From: Rhodospirillales bacterium
GTDB lineage: Bacteria > Pseudomonadota > Alphaproteobacteria > Rhodospirillales > Magnetovibrionaceae
Assembly: GCA_024653965.1 (NCBI GenBank)
Contig: JANLGW010000053.1
Location: forward strand, 8,426 to 32,425
Direction of reading: 5' to 3'
Length of the DNA stretch: 24,000 bases
Shown: in pieces, positions 12,006 through 20,468 of the stretch
Layout of the letters: every line of letters starts with the position of its first letter
Numbering within the stretch: the stretch's first letter is position 1
Notes under the pieces: generated by a model
The model's database searches: none
What the model was told of the DNA's origin: nothing
The model's input: the letters and a program-made list of their open reading frames with translations, nothing else
Program-made: the position numbers and the translations under genes

Positions 12006-12749
12006 TTAAGTCGCCGTTGAACGCCCTTTAAAACCGATGGCGACGACGTACATTTCCGCCGAGTCCGCGCGCGATGCCGCAGGTTTGGCGTGTTTGACCG
12101 TCTTGAAGTGTTTTTTTAAGGCGTTGAGCAGGGCAATCTCGGTGCCGCCTTGCAGCACCTTGGCCAGGAAGGTGCCGCCTTCGGCCAGCACTTCGGTGGC
12201 GAAGTGCAGCGCCGTTTCGCACAGCCCCATGATGCGCAGGTGATCGGTGGCGGTGTGCCCGGTGGCTGCTGCTGCCATGTCGCTCATCACGATGTCGGCC
12301 TCGCCGCCCAATGCTTCTTTTAGCAATGCGGGCGCGTCTTCTTCCATGAAGTCTTTCAGCAAGACGGTGACGTTGGGCAGGCCCTCCATCTCTTGGATGT
12401 CGATGGCGACCACTTTGCCGTGGCCGCCGTGTTTGCCCTTGAGCACAATCTCGGCGGCGTATTGCGACCAGCCGCCCGGCGCCGCGCCCAAATCGACCAC
12501 CCGCGCGCCGGATTTCAAAAAGTGGAATCTTTCGTCCAATTCGATCAGCTTGAACGCCGCGCGCGAGCGCAAGCCGCGACGCTGCGCTTCTTGCACATAA
12601 GGGTCGTTAAGCTGGCGCTCCAGCCAAAGTTTGGACGAGATTTTGCGCCCCTTGGCAGTCTTCACCTTGGTGTGTTTCATGCGCCCGGCGAGCGTGCTGT
12701 CGGTGGTTTTTTCGTGGCGGCTTTTGAAGCCGGGGGGCGGTTTGGTCAT
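12006..12749 (-). CDS. rlmE: 23S rRNA (uridine2552-2'-O)-methyltransferase RlmE/FtsJ
   Basis: SSKLWLERQLNDPYV..A...G.RSRAAFKLIELDE.F.. and VVDLGAAPGGWSQYA are FtsJ signatures. It overlaps the upstream ppx-like gene by 4 nt (ATGA). Confidence 0.92.
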   Translation of the reverse strand: MTKPPPGFKSRHEKTTDSTLAGRMKHTKVKTAKGRKISSKLWLERQLNDPYVQEAQRRGLRSRAAFKLIELDERFHFLKSGARVVDLGAAPGGWSQYAAEIVLKGKHGGHGKVVAIDIQEMEGLPNVTVLLKDFMEEDAPALLKEALGGEADIVMSDMAAAATGHTATDHLRIMGLCETALHFATEVLAEGGTFLAKVLQGGTEIALLNALKKHFKTVKHAKPAASRADSAEMYVVAIGFKGRSTAT

Positions 12750-13804
12750 TTGTTTCCCCCATTACTGCGATTGACGCCGGGGCGGGTGATGGTGATGCCG
12801 TCTTGCGCCATCAGGCTCATCAAGATGCCTTCGCGGATGCCGCGATCGGCGACGATCAACGAGCCCACCGGCCAGCGGCGGCACACCGCATCGAGCACCG
12901 CGCAGCCCGCCATGATCAGATCGGAACGCCGAGGCCCGATGCACGGGTGTTGCAGGCGTTCGTCGGCAGTTAAGGTGCCCAGGAAGCTGATCACTTCGCC
13001 GATGTGATCGAATTGCAGGCTCAGGCCGTCGACCCGCGCGCGGTCATATCGGCCCAAACGCATGTGGATGGCGCCCAGGGTCGTCACCGTGCCCGAGGTG
13101 CCGAGCATTTGCACTTGGCCTTCATTTACGGCTTTGGAAATACCGTTGCGCGCATCGAATTCACTTAAGTTGCCCTCGATCAGATCGACGATTTGGTCGT
13201 AGGATTCCCCGGTATTGGTGCGCCCGCCGAAATCTTCGGTCAGTGTCACCACGCCGTGCGGTAGGGAGATCACATCGAGCGCCTTGGGCCCGCCCGCGTG
13301 GGTGGCGTCGATCCACACCACTTCGGTGGAGCCGCCGCCGATGTCGAACACCAAAGCAAAAGGCAGGGCGCGATCGAGCAGCGGCGCGCAGCCCGCCAGC
13401 GTCAGGGCGGCTTCTTCCTGGGGGCTGATGGTTTCCAGATCGATGTCGGCTTCTTCGCGCACGCGCATCATAAAGGCGGTGGCGTTTTCGGCGCGGCGGC
13501 AGGCTTCGGTGGCGACGGAACGGATGCGTTTGACACCCGAGGCTTTGATTTTGGCGCTGCACACCTTGAGCGCGCCCAAGGTGCGCAAGATGGCGTCTTC
13601 ACTGAGCAAACCTTCGGCGGCGACACCTTCGCCCAAACGCACGATGCGCGAAAAGCTGTCGATGACGCGAAAATCGTCGCCATAAGGCCGCGCCACCAGC
13701 AAACGGCAGTTGTTGGTGCCAAGATCGATGGCGGCGTATGCGCCGGGCGGCTCCGTAAATAGAGCGCTTTTGGAATGGGGGTGAATGTTCGTGGGCTCGG
13801 CCAT
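12746..13804 (-). CDS. Ppx/GppA-family phosphatase (exopolyphosphatase-like)
   Basis: AAIDLGTNNCRLLVA, FDIGGGSTEV and GTSGTVTTLG are the ASKHA-fold phosphate-binding motifs of Ppx/GppA. At 352 aa it is the short form. Confidence 0.88.
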   Translation of the reverse strand: MAEPTNIHPHSKSALFTEPPGAYAAIDLGTNNCRLLVARPYGDDFRVIDSFSRIVRLGEGVAAEGLLSEDAILRTLGALKVCSAKIKASGVKRIRSVATEACRRAENATAFMMRVREEADIDLETISPQEEAALTLAGCAPLLDRALPFALVFDIGGGSTEVVWIDATHAGGPKALDVISLPHGVVTLTEDFGGRTNTGESYDQIVDLIEGNLSEFDARNGISKAVNEGQVQMLGTSGTVTTLGAIHMRLGRYDRARVDGLSLQFDHIGEVISFLGTLTADERLQHPCIGPRRSDLIMAGCAVLDAVCRRWPVGSLIVADRGIREGILMSLMAQDGITITRPGVNRSNGGNK

Positions 13805-13945
13805 TTTCAGTCCTTGTTACGAGCAAGGTCTCGCTTGGCCCACACCATAGACCGGGCCAGAGTTTTTGCATAGCCTGTGTGTTGGAAGGGGCGGCCTAAG
13901 GGCCATTTTGGGGCGATTTGTCACATTTTGCGGCAAAATCGGGTC

Positions 13946-13974
13946 TTGCCCTTAAGCCGCGAGCCGCATATATA
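13946..13974 (+). promoter_or_regulatory. Sigma70-like promoter for tRNA-Gln
   Basis: TTGCCC (13946..13951), a 17-nt spacer, then TATATA (13969..13974), about 28 nt upstream of the tRNA 5' end. Confidence 0.45.
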
Positions 13975-14002
13975 TGCCCCGTTCGCACCATCAAGGCTCT
14001 GA

Positions 14003-14076
14003 TGGGGAATCGTTCAATGGTAGGACAGCGGTCTCTGACACCGTCAATCCTGGTTCGAGTCCAGGTTCCCCAGCCA
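14003..14076 (+). tRNA. tRNA-Gln (anticodon CUG), CCA encoded
   Basis: Hand-folded cloverleaf. Acceptor TGGGGAA/TTCCCCA, D stem GTTC/GGAC, anticodon stem GCGGT/ACCGT with loop CTCTGAC (anticodon CTG), T arm CCTGG-TTCGAGT-CCAGG, discriminator G plus CCA. Total 74 nt. Confidence 0.93.
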
Positions 14077-14081
14077 AAACC

Positions 14082-14110
14082 AAAAAGCCGCCCCTAGGGG
14101 CGGCTTTTTG
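14082..14110. terminator. Rho-independent terminator after tRNA-Gln (bidirectional form)
   Basis: AAAAA, then the perfect palindrome GCCGCCCCT/AGGGGCGGC (14087..14104), then TTTTT. Confidence 0.8.
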
Positions 14111-14257
14111 TTTGGTTCGGGCATGCTTAAGGCGAAGAACCGGTGTTCGGCGACGTTTATGAGTCTACGGCCTAGTACGGGATGGTTTTGCAGGGCTGGA
14201 TCGCTTGTCGGTTGAAGTGTAACATGGCACCACAATGCATTGGGGGTGCTAGAGGTC

Positions 14258-14431
14258 ATGGATAAAGATATCGTTCTCTGGTTAGCAGGCGTAGCCATTG
14301 CCATCATTCTTGCCCTATTGGGGGCAAAGGTGATTAAGAGCAGGACAACGAAGCAACGTCAAAAGACGGGCGACAATTCTATTGCGATTCAGTCCGGACG
14401 GGATACGAACCTTGGGGGCGAAGATGGCTGA
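14258..14431 (+). CDS. Small single-pass membrane protein (57 aa)
   Basis: MDKDIVLWLAGVAIAIILALLGAKVIKSR.. is one TM helix. The C-terminal GDNSIAIQSGRDTNLGG repeats the motif at the N-terminus of the next ORF. Its stop overlaps the next start by 8 nt. AT-richer composition. Confidence 0.5.
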   Translation: MDKDIVLWLAGVAIAIILALLGAKVIKSRTTKQRQKTGDNSIAIQSGRDTNLGGEDG

Positions 14432-15497
14432 CCAAGAGCAGTCTGTCGGTAACAACTCGTTCGTCGTTCAGTCAGGAGGTAGCACCAATATCCAAGCTGG
14501 TGTTGGCCCTGAAGAAATGCGCCAGATAATCGGAACGCTCGCAGAATTTCATAAACAGTTCACCGAAATTGCTATGGGGACTGTCGAGCAGCGTATGAAA
14601 GATTTTGAAAACCGTCTCGTTGATAAGTTTTCTGTGTTGGAGAATGCAAATTCTGAGGCGTTTAAAGACCCTGACTTTCAATATGTTCTGAGGCGTGCCC
14701 AGATGGGTTACGCCCGATGTGGTGACGTAGATGTCGCAGAAACGATTGTCGATGTAATTGCAGAAAGGTCTAAGGCGACTGATAGAAATCGCCTCCAAAT
14801 GACGTTGAATGAGGCGGTGGAGATTGCTGGATCACTGACTGCTAACGAATTTGCAGAGTTATCCTTGGTCTTCATGATCAAAAACACTCAGGATCTGTCT
14901 GTTGGCAATTTTACTTTATTTGCGAACTACCTCCGAGCGAAAATATTGCCATTATTGCACGATGTCTCTCGTTCTGTATCGTCGTACAAGTTTCTTGAAG
15001 CGCAGCGCTGTGCGACAATTCAATTGACATCTGTGGATCTTGGGCAGTGGTTGCGCCAATCCTACGGGGGGATTTTTTCAAAGGGTTTTACCGCTGAAGA
15101 CCTGATGAACCATCTGCCGGAAGAGAAAAAGGGTATCCTCGAAGGCGCCAAAAGGAACGACGGTCAAAGCTTGATTATCCCGTGTCTAAATGACAAATCA
15201 AAGTTTCAATTCGCTCGCCGCAACAAAATTGAATTGCTACAAGAGCTGGAGGCGTTTGATCTAAATAAAGATCAGAGGGAAGTCCTTGGCAACTTGTATG
15301 AGGGTACTTTCATGAACCTTGCAGAAGCTCGGGAGATTATTGATCCAGTAATCCCTGAGTTTGAGGAGTTGGTGCATGTTTGGAATCATACTCCTCTGAA
15401 ACAGCTTGATCTAACTTCCATTGGGATAGCGATTGCTCATTCCAAGATGCGAAGCATGTCTGGCTTCAATGCCGACCTTTCGATATGGATTGATTGA
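14424..15497 (+). CDS. Hypothetical 357-aa protein, possibly of the LPO_1073/Vpar_1526 family (memory only)
   Basis: Long uninterrupted ORF in an AT-richer islet; I chose the start MADQEQSVGNNSFVVQSGGSTNIQAG. The segment DPDFQYVLRRAQMGYARCGDVDVAETIVDVIAER...LTLNEAVEIAGSLTANEFAELSLVF resembles a family I recall only by name. I saw no catalytic motif. Confidence 0.6.
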   Translation: MADQEQSVGNNSFVVQSGGSTNIQAGVGPEEMRQIIGTLAEFHKQFTEIAMGTVEQRMKDFENRLVDKFSVLENANSEAFKDPDFQYVLRRAQMGYARCGDVDVAETIVDVIAERSKATDRNRLQMTLNEAVEIAGSLTANEFAELSLVFMIKNTQDLSVGNFTLFANYLRAKILPLLHDVSRSVSSYKFLEAQRCATIQLTSVDLGQWLRQSYGGIFSKGFTAEDLMNHLPEEKKGILEGAKRNDGQSLIIPCLNDKSKFQFARRNKIELLQELEAFDLNKDQREVLGNLYEGTFMNLAEAREIIDPVIPEFEELVHVWNHTPLKQLDLTSIGIAIAHSKMRSMSGFNADLSIWID

Positions 15498-15542
15498 GAT
15501 GAATTTACCTAACGGGTTTTACACGGATAGTTCGCGGGGATT

Positions 15543-15884
15543 ATGGAAGTGACGAACCAAGACGAAACCCCCGTTAGCGATGGCTTCTCCAACGTCTTTG
15601 AAGCGCTCGGTTTCGAGGGTTCCGAGGAAATGCTGGCCAAGGCGCAGCTTGCCCATACGATTTCCAGCATCATTCGCCATCGTCATTTGACTCAACAAGA
15701 GGCCGCCGAAGTTTTGGGAACCACTCAGCCCAAGGTTTCGGCCCTGATGAATGGTCGCTTGAGCGGTTTGTCGATGGAGCGTCTGCTTGCCTTGGTGAAC
15801 CGTCTTGACCGGGATGTGGAAATCCGCATCAGCAAAAAATCGCGCAACCATGAAGCGGGCCGCTTGAGCGTGCGGGTGGCGTAA
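15543..15884 (+). CDS. XRE-family HTH protein, HigA-like antitoxin type
   Basis: NVFEALGFEGSEEMLAKAQLAHTISSIIRHRHLTQQEAAEVLGTTQPKVSALMNGRLSGLSMERLLALVNRL is the typical layout of XRE antitoxins that pair with RelE/HigB-type toxins. There is no such toxin ORF nearby. Confidence 0.75.
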   Translation: MEVTNQDETPVSDGFSNVFEALGFEGSEEMLAKAQLAHTISSIIRHRHLTQQEAAEVLGTTQPKVSALMNGRLSGLSMERLLALVNRLDRDVEIRISKKSRNHEAGRLSVRVA

Positions 15885-15906
15885 GCAGCCTCACTCCCTC
15901 TGGCCC

Positions 15907-16383
15907 TTACTCGATCGGCCGTTCGCCGCTCAGCATGAGGCGTTCGTGCAGGACTTTGTTTTCGAGTTTCATTTCTTGAAGGCTAGATGTGATCACGTCG
16001 TCGATGCTGACGACGCCGCACAGTTCGCCCGCACCGTCGACCACGGGGATGTGCAGGAAATGAAACTTCCACATGATCTGCAAGACGTCGACTAAATCGT
16101 TCTCGGGCGTGCAGGTTCTGACGGGGCCGTGCATGATGTCCGAAATGGGGCGCAGCAGATACGAAAACTCATTGCCCTTGGGGTGTTCGCCCCAGTGGGT
16201 CGCCAAGTTGTAAGCGAAGTCGCGGGCGGCCACGATGCCGTCGGGGCGTTTGCCATCTTCGCTGACGATGACGCAGCCGACATTCGCCAGCCGCATGCGA
16301 TGCGCGGCGGTCAGCACGCTGGTGTCTTTTTTAACCGTCACCAAAGGAACATTTTTTTGTTTGAGGATTTCAGAGACTTTCAT
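15907..16383 (-). CDS. CBS-domain pair protein
   Basis: 158 aa from the ATG at 16383 (MKVSEILKQKNVPLVTV..). It has two CBS-like repeats (..VGCVIVSEDG.., ..HIPVVDGAGELCGVVSIDDV). Confidence 0.75.
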   Translation of the reverse strand: MKVSEILKQKNVPLVTVKKDTSVLTAAHRMRLANVGCVIVSEDGKRPDGIVAARDFAYNLATHWGEHPKGNEFSYLLRPISDIMHGPVRTCTPENDLVDVLQIMWKFHFLHIPVVDGAGELCGVVSIDDVITSSLQEMKLENKVLHERLMLSGERPIE

Positions 16384-16547
16384 GGCGGGCCGTACCTTTC
16401 TGCATGCAATCGCGCATTCGCACCAGTTGGATCGCATAAGTTAGATTTATATTGTACCAAAATTGAGCGTTAAATCATACCGGCGTCGCTCTCTTAATGG
16501 CTATAATCCGAAGTCCGTGTTCAGGCAAGGCGATGGTGGTTTTGGCA

Positions 16548-17936
16548 TCACGCATTGCGCAGGTGCAGGCGGAGGTCGAGCGCGGTGACTTCGCCAGAAA
16601 CCTGCTCCAATTCGTGGCGTTTGATCGCTAGGTAAATACGGGCGAAATCGTCGCCGAAATAACTTTTGATGAAGCCTGAGCGGGCAAAATCGGCCAACGC
16701 GCCGGGCCAGTTGAGCGCCGGGCCGGGAAAGGTTCCGGGATCGGCCTGTTGGTAGGCGTTGGCGGTCGCCGCCGGGCCGGGATCGATGCGCTGGGCGATG
16801 CCTTGATGCATGCCCGCAAGTATGGCGGCGGCGGCCAGATAGGGGTTGGCGTCCGCGCCGCACAGGCGATGTTCCACCCGGCGTGCCGCCGCCCCACCGG
16901 CGGGCACACGAAAGGTGACGGTGCGGTTGTTGACGCCCCAGGTCGCGGCGACGGGCGCATAACTGTTGGCGCGGAACCGCCGATAGGAATTGGCGTTGGG
17001 GGCAAACAGCGCCATGGCGTCGGCGACGGTGCTCTGCAAACCGCCGATGGCGTGGGCCAGCAGGGCGTTTTTGGCGGCGCTGGCGGGCAGGTCTTCGGCG
17101 GCGAACAGGTTGTGGCCGTTGTTATCGGTCAGGCTGACATGAACGTGCATGCCGCTGCCGGCAAACTCGGTAAACGGTTTGGCCATAAAACATGCGATCA
17201 GGCCGTGACGGTCGGCGACCCCTTTGATCAGGCGCTTGAGTTCCACCGCTTCGTCGGCGGCCTGCAGGGCGTTGGCGCGATGGGTGAGGGTGAGCTCGAA
17301 CTGCCCCGGCGCATATTCGCTGATCGCCGTTTCCGCAGGCAGGTTTTGCACTTCGGCGGCGGCGTAAATGGCGTCGAAAAAGGGGCGCAAGGTTTCCAGT
17401 TCCCCAACCCCGTAAACCTGGGTCAGGTCGCTTGGAAATCCGCCTTCCAGACGGGCGGGAAAAAGTTTGCCCTGTTCCAGATAGGCGCGTTTATCGAGCA
17501 GATAAAACTCCAATTCGCACGCCAGCACCGGCGTGATGCCGTCGGCGGAAAAACGGCGCACCATCTGGCTGAGTTTAAAACGCGGGTCCGGCGCTTCGAT
17601 CGGCAGGCCCGCGTCTTCGCCCATCGACAGCAACACCTGGGCGGTGCCATCCAGCCACGGGCAGCGCTTCAAGGTTCCGGCGACCGGGAAAGCCCGGCAG
17701 TCCATATCGCCGATATCCCACACCAATCCGGTTTCTTCCACGTCTTCGCCCTGGGCGTCCAACGATAGGATCGAACTGGGCAGGGGGCGGCCACTGGTAT
17801 AGAGGGCGGCCAGTTCGTGAACGCGCACCGATTTACCGCGTGCGATGCCGCTTAAATCGGTGAGGATCAGCGATACTTGGCGGATGTCGGGATTGGCGGC
17901 GAGGAAGGCGGTGGCTTCGTCAAGGGTGGCGCGCAT
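16548..17936 (-). CDS. Glutamine synthetase-family protein (gamma-glutamyl-amine synthetase, PuuA/GlnT-like)
   Basis: GS beta-grasp plus catalytic domain with MAKPF..FAGSGMHVHVSL, NSYRRF and NRT..FRVP motifs. The ATG at 17936 lies 5 nt after the upstream aminotransferase stop, so the two form an operon. Confidence 0.85.
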   Translation of the reverse strand: MRATLDEATAFLAANPDIRQVSLILTDLSGIARGKSVRVHELAALYTSGRPLPSSILSLDAQGEDVEETGLVWDIGDMDCRAFPVAGTLKRCPWLDGTAQVLLSMGEDAGLPIEAPDPRFKLSQMVRRFSADGITPVLACELEFYLLDKRAYLEQGKLFPARLEGGFPSDLTQVYGVGELETLRPFFDAIYAAAEVQNLPAETAISEYAPGQFELTLTHRANALQAADEAVELKRLIKGVADRHGLIACFMAKPFTEFAGSGMHVHVSLTDNNGHNLFAAEDLPASAAKNALLAHAIGGLQSTVADAMALFAPNANSYRRFRANSYAPVAATWGVNNRTVTFRVPAGGAAARRVEHRLCGADANPYLAAAAILAGMHQGIAQRIDPGPAATANAYQQADPGTFPGPALNWPGALADFARSGFIKSYFGDDFARIYLAIKRHELEQVSGEVTALDLRLHLRNA

Positions 17937-17940
17937 GGGT

Positions 17941-19326
17941 TTAGGCCTTTGCAAGAGCGGATAATTCGGTGAGGCAGGCGTCGAGGGTATCGGCGAGGCG
18001 GTCCACGTCTGTTTCGGTGGTATCCGGGCAGATCAGCATCATGTTGTGAAACGGCGTAATCATCACGCCGCGATTGAGCAGATAAAGGTGGATGCAGCGT
18101 TCCAATTCGTCGTTGAACGCGCGTTCGGCTTCGCGCCCGGTGCGCGGCGGCGTGGCGCAGAATTGAAATTCCACGCGCGCGCCGATCTGGGTGATGCTCC
18201 ACGGTGCGCCGTGGCGGGCGATTACGGCCTTCAACCGCGTGGCCAGAATTTCGGCGAGCGGGATCATGTGGGCATAAGCCGCTTCAGTCATGACCGAGGT
18301 CAGGTTGGCGCGCATCGCATGCATGGCAAACGCGTTGGCCGACAGCGTGGTGCCCATGCCGCTGTGGCCGTGGCCTTCGGCGGCATGGTCCTTGGCCCGG
18401 GCCTGGGTGATGGCGGCGGCGACGGCGGCGCTAAAACCATAGACCGAACACGGGATGCCGCCCGCGATGGGCTTGCCGAGCACAAACATATCGGGTTCCA
18501 GCCCGTGAGCTTGCGTATAACCGCTCGGTCCGGTGCTGATGGTGTGGGTTTCGTCGATGATCAACAGCGTGCCGTAACGGCGCGAAAGGGCGCGCATTTG
18601 GGCGTGAAAATTATCATCGGGCAAGACCATGCCGATGTTGGTCATTGCGGGTTCGCATAAAATGGCGGCGACGTCGCCGGGCTTGAGGGCTTGTTCAAGT
18701 GCTCCTAAATCGTTGAATTCGACCACGCGCGTGTGAAGCGACATATCATGGACTTGTCCCACCAGACCGGGGCGGTGGACGGTGCGTCCGTCTTTAAGGC
18801 GCACCATGCACTCGTCGACGGTGCCGTGATAACAGCCGTCAAACACCAATACCGTGGGCCGTCCGGTCGCGGCGCGCGCCCAGCGGATAACGCTGCGGTT
18901 GGCGTCGGTGGCGGTGGTCGCCACCTGCCAAAAGGGCAAGCCGAAGCGGCGGTGCAGTTCTTCACCGACCCATACCGCGTCTTCGCCGGGCAGCATGGTG
19001 GTGTAGCCCCGGTGCGCTTGTTCGCTGATGGCCTTGGCGATGGCGGCGGGGGCGTGGCCGAACATGGCCCCGGTGTCGCCCAAGCAGAAATCGACATACT
19101 CGTGGCCGTCCATATCGGTAAACCGCGCCCCTTGGGCATGGTCCACGAACAGCGCGAAGGGCGTCGACCAGTCGGACATCCAATGCATGGGCACGCCGCC
19201 GTAAAGATGCATCTCGGCGCGTTTTGCCAGGGCTTGCGATGCCGGGTTGGCGGCGGAAAAACGTTGGCGCTCTGCGGCGTAAAGCGCTGCGATGGCGATC
19301 TTTGGGACGGAAAAAAGGTTTTGCAT
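17941..19326 (-). CDS. Class-III PLP-dependent aminotransferase (GSA-aminomutase-like family)
   Basis: LIIDETHT.. and VLGKPIAGG (PLP-lysine context), with overall length and layout of class III aminotransferases. Start is uncertain (ATG at 19326 preferred; track ORF extends to 19374). Confidence 0.8.
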   Translation of the reverse strand: MQNLFSVPKIAIAALYAAERQRFSAANPASQALAKRAEMHLYGGVPMHWMSDWSTPFALFVDHAQGARFTDMDGHEYVDFCLGDTGAMFGHAPAAIAKAISEQAHRGYTTMLPGEDAVWVGEELHRRFGLPFWQVATTATDANRSVIRWARAATGRPTVLVFDGCYHGTVDECMVRLKDGRTVHRPGLVGQVHDMSLHTRVVEFNDLGALEQALKPGDVAAILCEPAMTNIGMVLPDDNFHAQMRALSRRYGTLLIIDETHTISTGPSGYTQAHGLEPDMFVLGKPIAGGIPCSVYGFSAAVAAAITQARAKDHAAEGHGHSGMGTTLSANAFAMHAMRANLTSVMTEAAYAHMIPLAEILATRLKAVIARHGAPWSITQIGARVEFQFCATPPRTGREAERAFNDELERCIHLYLLNRGVMITPFHNMMLICPDTTETDVDRLADTLDACLTELSALAKA

Positions 19327-19406
19327 GTAAGGCCTGGGGTCCTTGGTTGCGGGGTGGTTTCGTGTGTGCCTCACTCTATGTCCGGATCAACGTTGTGCCA
19401 AGGGTG

Positions 19407-19433
19407 ATCACAAATGCCAAAGCCCGCCGTCAT
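19407..19433 (+). promoter_or_regulatory. Conserved reb promoter-like motif P1 (ATCACAA-N14-CGTCAT)
   Basis: ATCACAA at 19407..19413 and CGTCAT at 19428..19433, 54 nt upstream of the reb1 ATG. The same motif with identical 14-nt spacing precedes five other reb genes. Confidence 0.55.
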
Positions 19434-19486
19434 ATCGATGTGCCTGGGGAGAGGCATCAGCTGAACATTTTTAGGAGACTCCAACT

Positions 19487-19810
19487 ATGGCTATGCCGAC
19501 TCCCGTCAACGGAATGATTACCGACGCCGTGACCCAAACCAACGTCAAGGTGCTGGGCGAAGCCCCCGCCATGGCGATGGGCGCGATTTATCAGTCCTTG
19601 TCCCACTCCACCGGTATCTTGTTTGAAAATGCCGTCGGTTCGCAGCAGCAGCTGGCGATTGCGGCGCAGGCCGCGACCAATCAGGGCGTGATCCAGATTT
19701 ACAGCGTCGACACCATGGCTGGCGCCGTGGCGACGTCGAAGATCGGCCAGTCCGACGTGCCCAACAACATGCTGTCGCTGCTTACGGCGTTGCGCGCGAC
19801 CGCAGCTTAA
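19487..19810 (+). CDS. rebB: RebB-family (R-body / 'killing trait') protein, paralogue 1 (107 aa)
   Basis: MAMPTPVNGMITDAVTQTNVKVLGEAPAMAMGAIYQSLSHSTGILFENAVGSQQQLAIAAQAATNQGVIQIYSV.. matches the RebA/RebB/RebD pattern I recall (NSQITDAVTQ.N.KV....PA.A.G..YQ...H......NA...QQ). AGGAGA lies 8 nt upstream. Confidence 0.85.
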   Translation: MAMPTPVNGMITDAVTQTNVKVLGEAPAMAMGAIYQSLSHSTGILFENAVGSQQQLAIAAQAATNQGVIQIYSVDTMAGAVATSKIGQSDVPNNMLSLLTALRATAA

Positions 19811-19852
19811 GGCCGCATCGTACTCTAAGGCGCAGTACAAACATACGGATCA

Positions 19853-19884
19853 AGCCCCGTCCTTGTGGCGGGGCTTTTTCTTTT
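19853..19884 (+). terminator. Rho-independent terminator after reb1
   Basis: AGCCCCG (19853..19859) pairs with CGGGGCT (19869..19875), followed by TTTTTCTTTT. Confidence 0.75.
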
Positions 19885-19893
19885 GTGCCGCCT

Positions 19894-19920
19894 ATCACAA
19901 CTCGATTGTCGGCTCGTCAT
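19894..19920 (+). promoter_or_regulatory. Conserved reb promoter-like motif P2 (ATCACAA-N14-CGTCAT)
   Basis: ATCACAA at 19894..19900 and CGTCAT at 19915..19920. As in P1, GGGGAGAGGC follows 12 nt later. Confidence 0.55.
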
Positions 19921-19968
19921 TCCTAAGAGCTTGGGGAGAGGCTCAACGCAACATGAAGGAGACAGCTA

Positions 19969-20292
19969 ATGGCCATGCCGACTCCCGTGAACGGAATGAT
20001 CACGGACGCCGTTACTCAGGCAAACGTCAAGGTGCTGGGCGATGCCCCGGCGATGGCGATGGGTGCAATTTATCAATCGCTTTCCCATTCGACGGGTATT
20101 CTTTTTGAAAACGCCGTCGGTTCCCAGCAGCAGCTGGGTATTGCGGCGCAGGCTGCGACCAACCAGGGCGTGATCCAGATTTATTCCGTGCCGCCGATGG
20201 CGGCCGCGGTGGCGACGTCCAAAATCTCGCAGTCCGATGTTCCGGACAACATGCTGGCCTTGTTGACGGCGCTGCGTGCGACCGCCAGCTAA
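19969..20292 (+). CDS. rebB: RebB-family protein, paralogue 2 (107 aa)
   Basis: About 10 aa differences from paralogue 1 by hand alignment. AGGAGA lies 6 nt upstream. Confidence 0.85.
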   Translation: MAMPTPVNGMITDAVTQANVKVLGDAPAMAMGAIYQSLSHSTGILFENAVGSQQQLGIAAQAATNQGVIQIYSVPPMAAAVATSKISQSDVPDNMLALLTALRATAS

Positions 20293-20309
20293 GCTGGTAC
20301 CCAAAGATT

Positions 20310-20354
20310 ACCGGTCCGCGCATCGGCTGCGGGCCGGTTTCTTTTAATTTTTTT
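20310..20354 (+). terminator. Rho-independent terminator after reb2
   Basis: ACCGGTCCGC pairs with GCGGGCCGGT (one G.U pair), followed by TTCTTTTAATTTTTTT. Confidence 0.75.
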
Positions 20355-20364
20355 GCAGACTTCC

Positions 20365-20391
20365 ATCACAACATTGCCTCCGCCCCGTCAT
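20365..20391 (+). promoter_or_regulatory. Conserved reb promoter-like motif P3 (ATCACAA-N14-CGTCAT)
   Basis: ATCACAA at 20365..20371 and CGTCAT at 20386..20391. Confidence 0.55.
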
Positions 20392-20468
20392 TGACGTGAG
20401 AGAGGTGCACCGCAAGGCCGAAACTTGGCCGTGGTGCCAGGCAGTCCAACTGAACAAGGAGATCAACA

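Noticed and set aside
14077-15900. Integrative element with att sites at tRNA-Gln
   Set aside because: No integrase gene is present, and I could not find a direct repeat of the tRNA 3' end at the distal boundary by eye. I kept it only as a low-GC islet of uncertain origin.
16749-19407. Long plus-strand ORFs 16749..17768, 18046..18660 and 18733..19407
   Set aside because: They are antisense to the GS-like and aminotransferase genes. They show the compositional signature of shadow ORFs and have no RBS.
19457-20304. Minus-strand ORFs 19457..19840 and 19966..20304 opposite reb1 and reb2
   Set aside because: Their Arg/His/Gly-rich translations exist only because the reb genes lack stop-complement codons. 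The plus-strand frames have an RBS, a conserved upstream motif, a terminator and family motifs.
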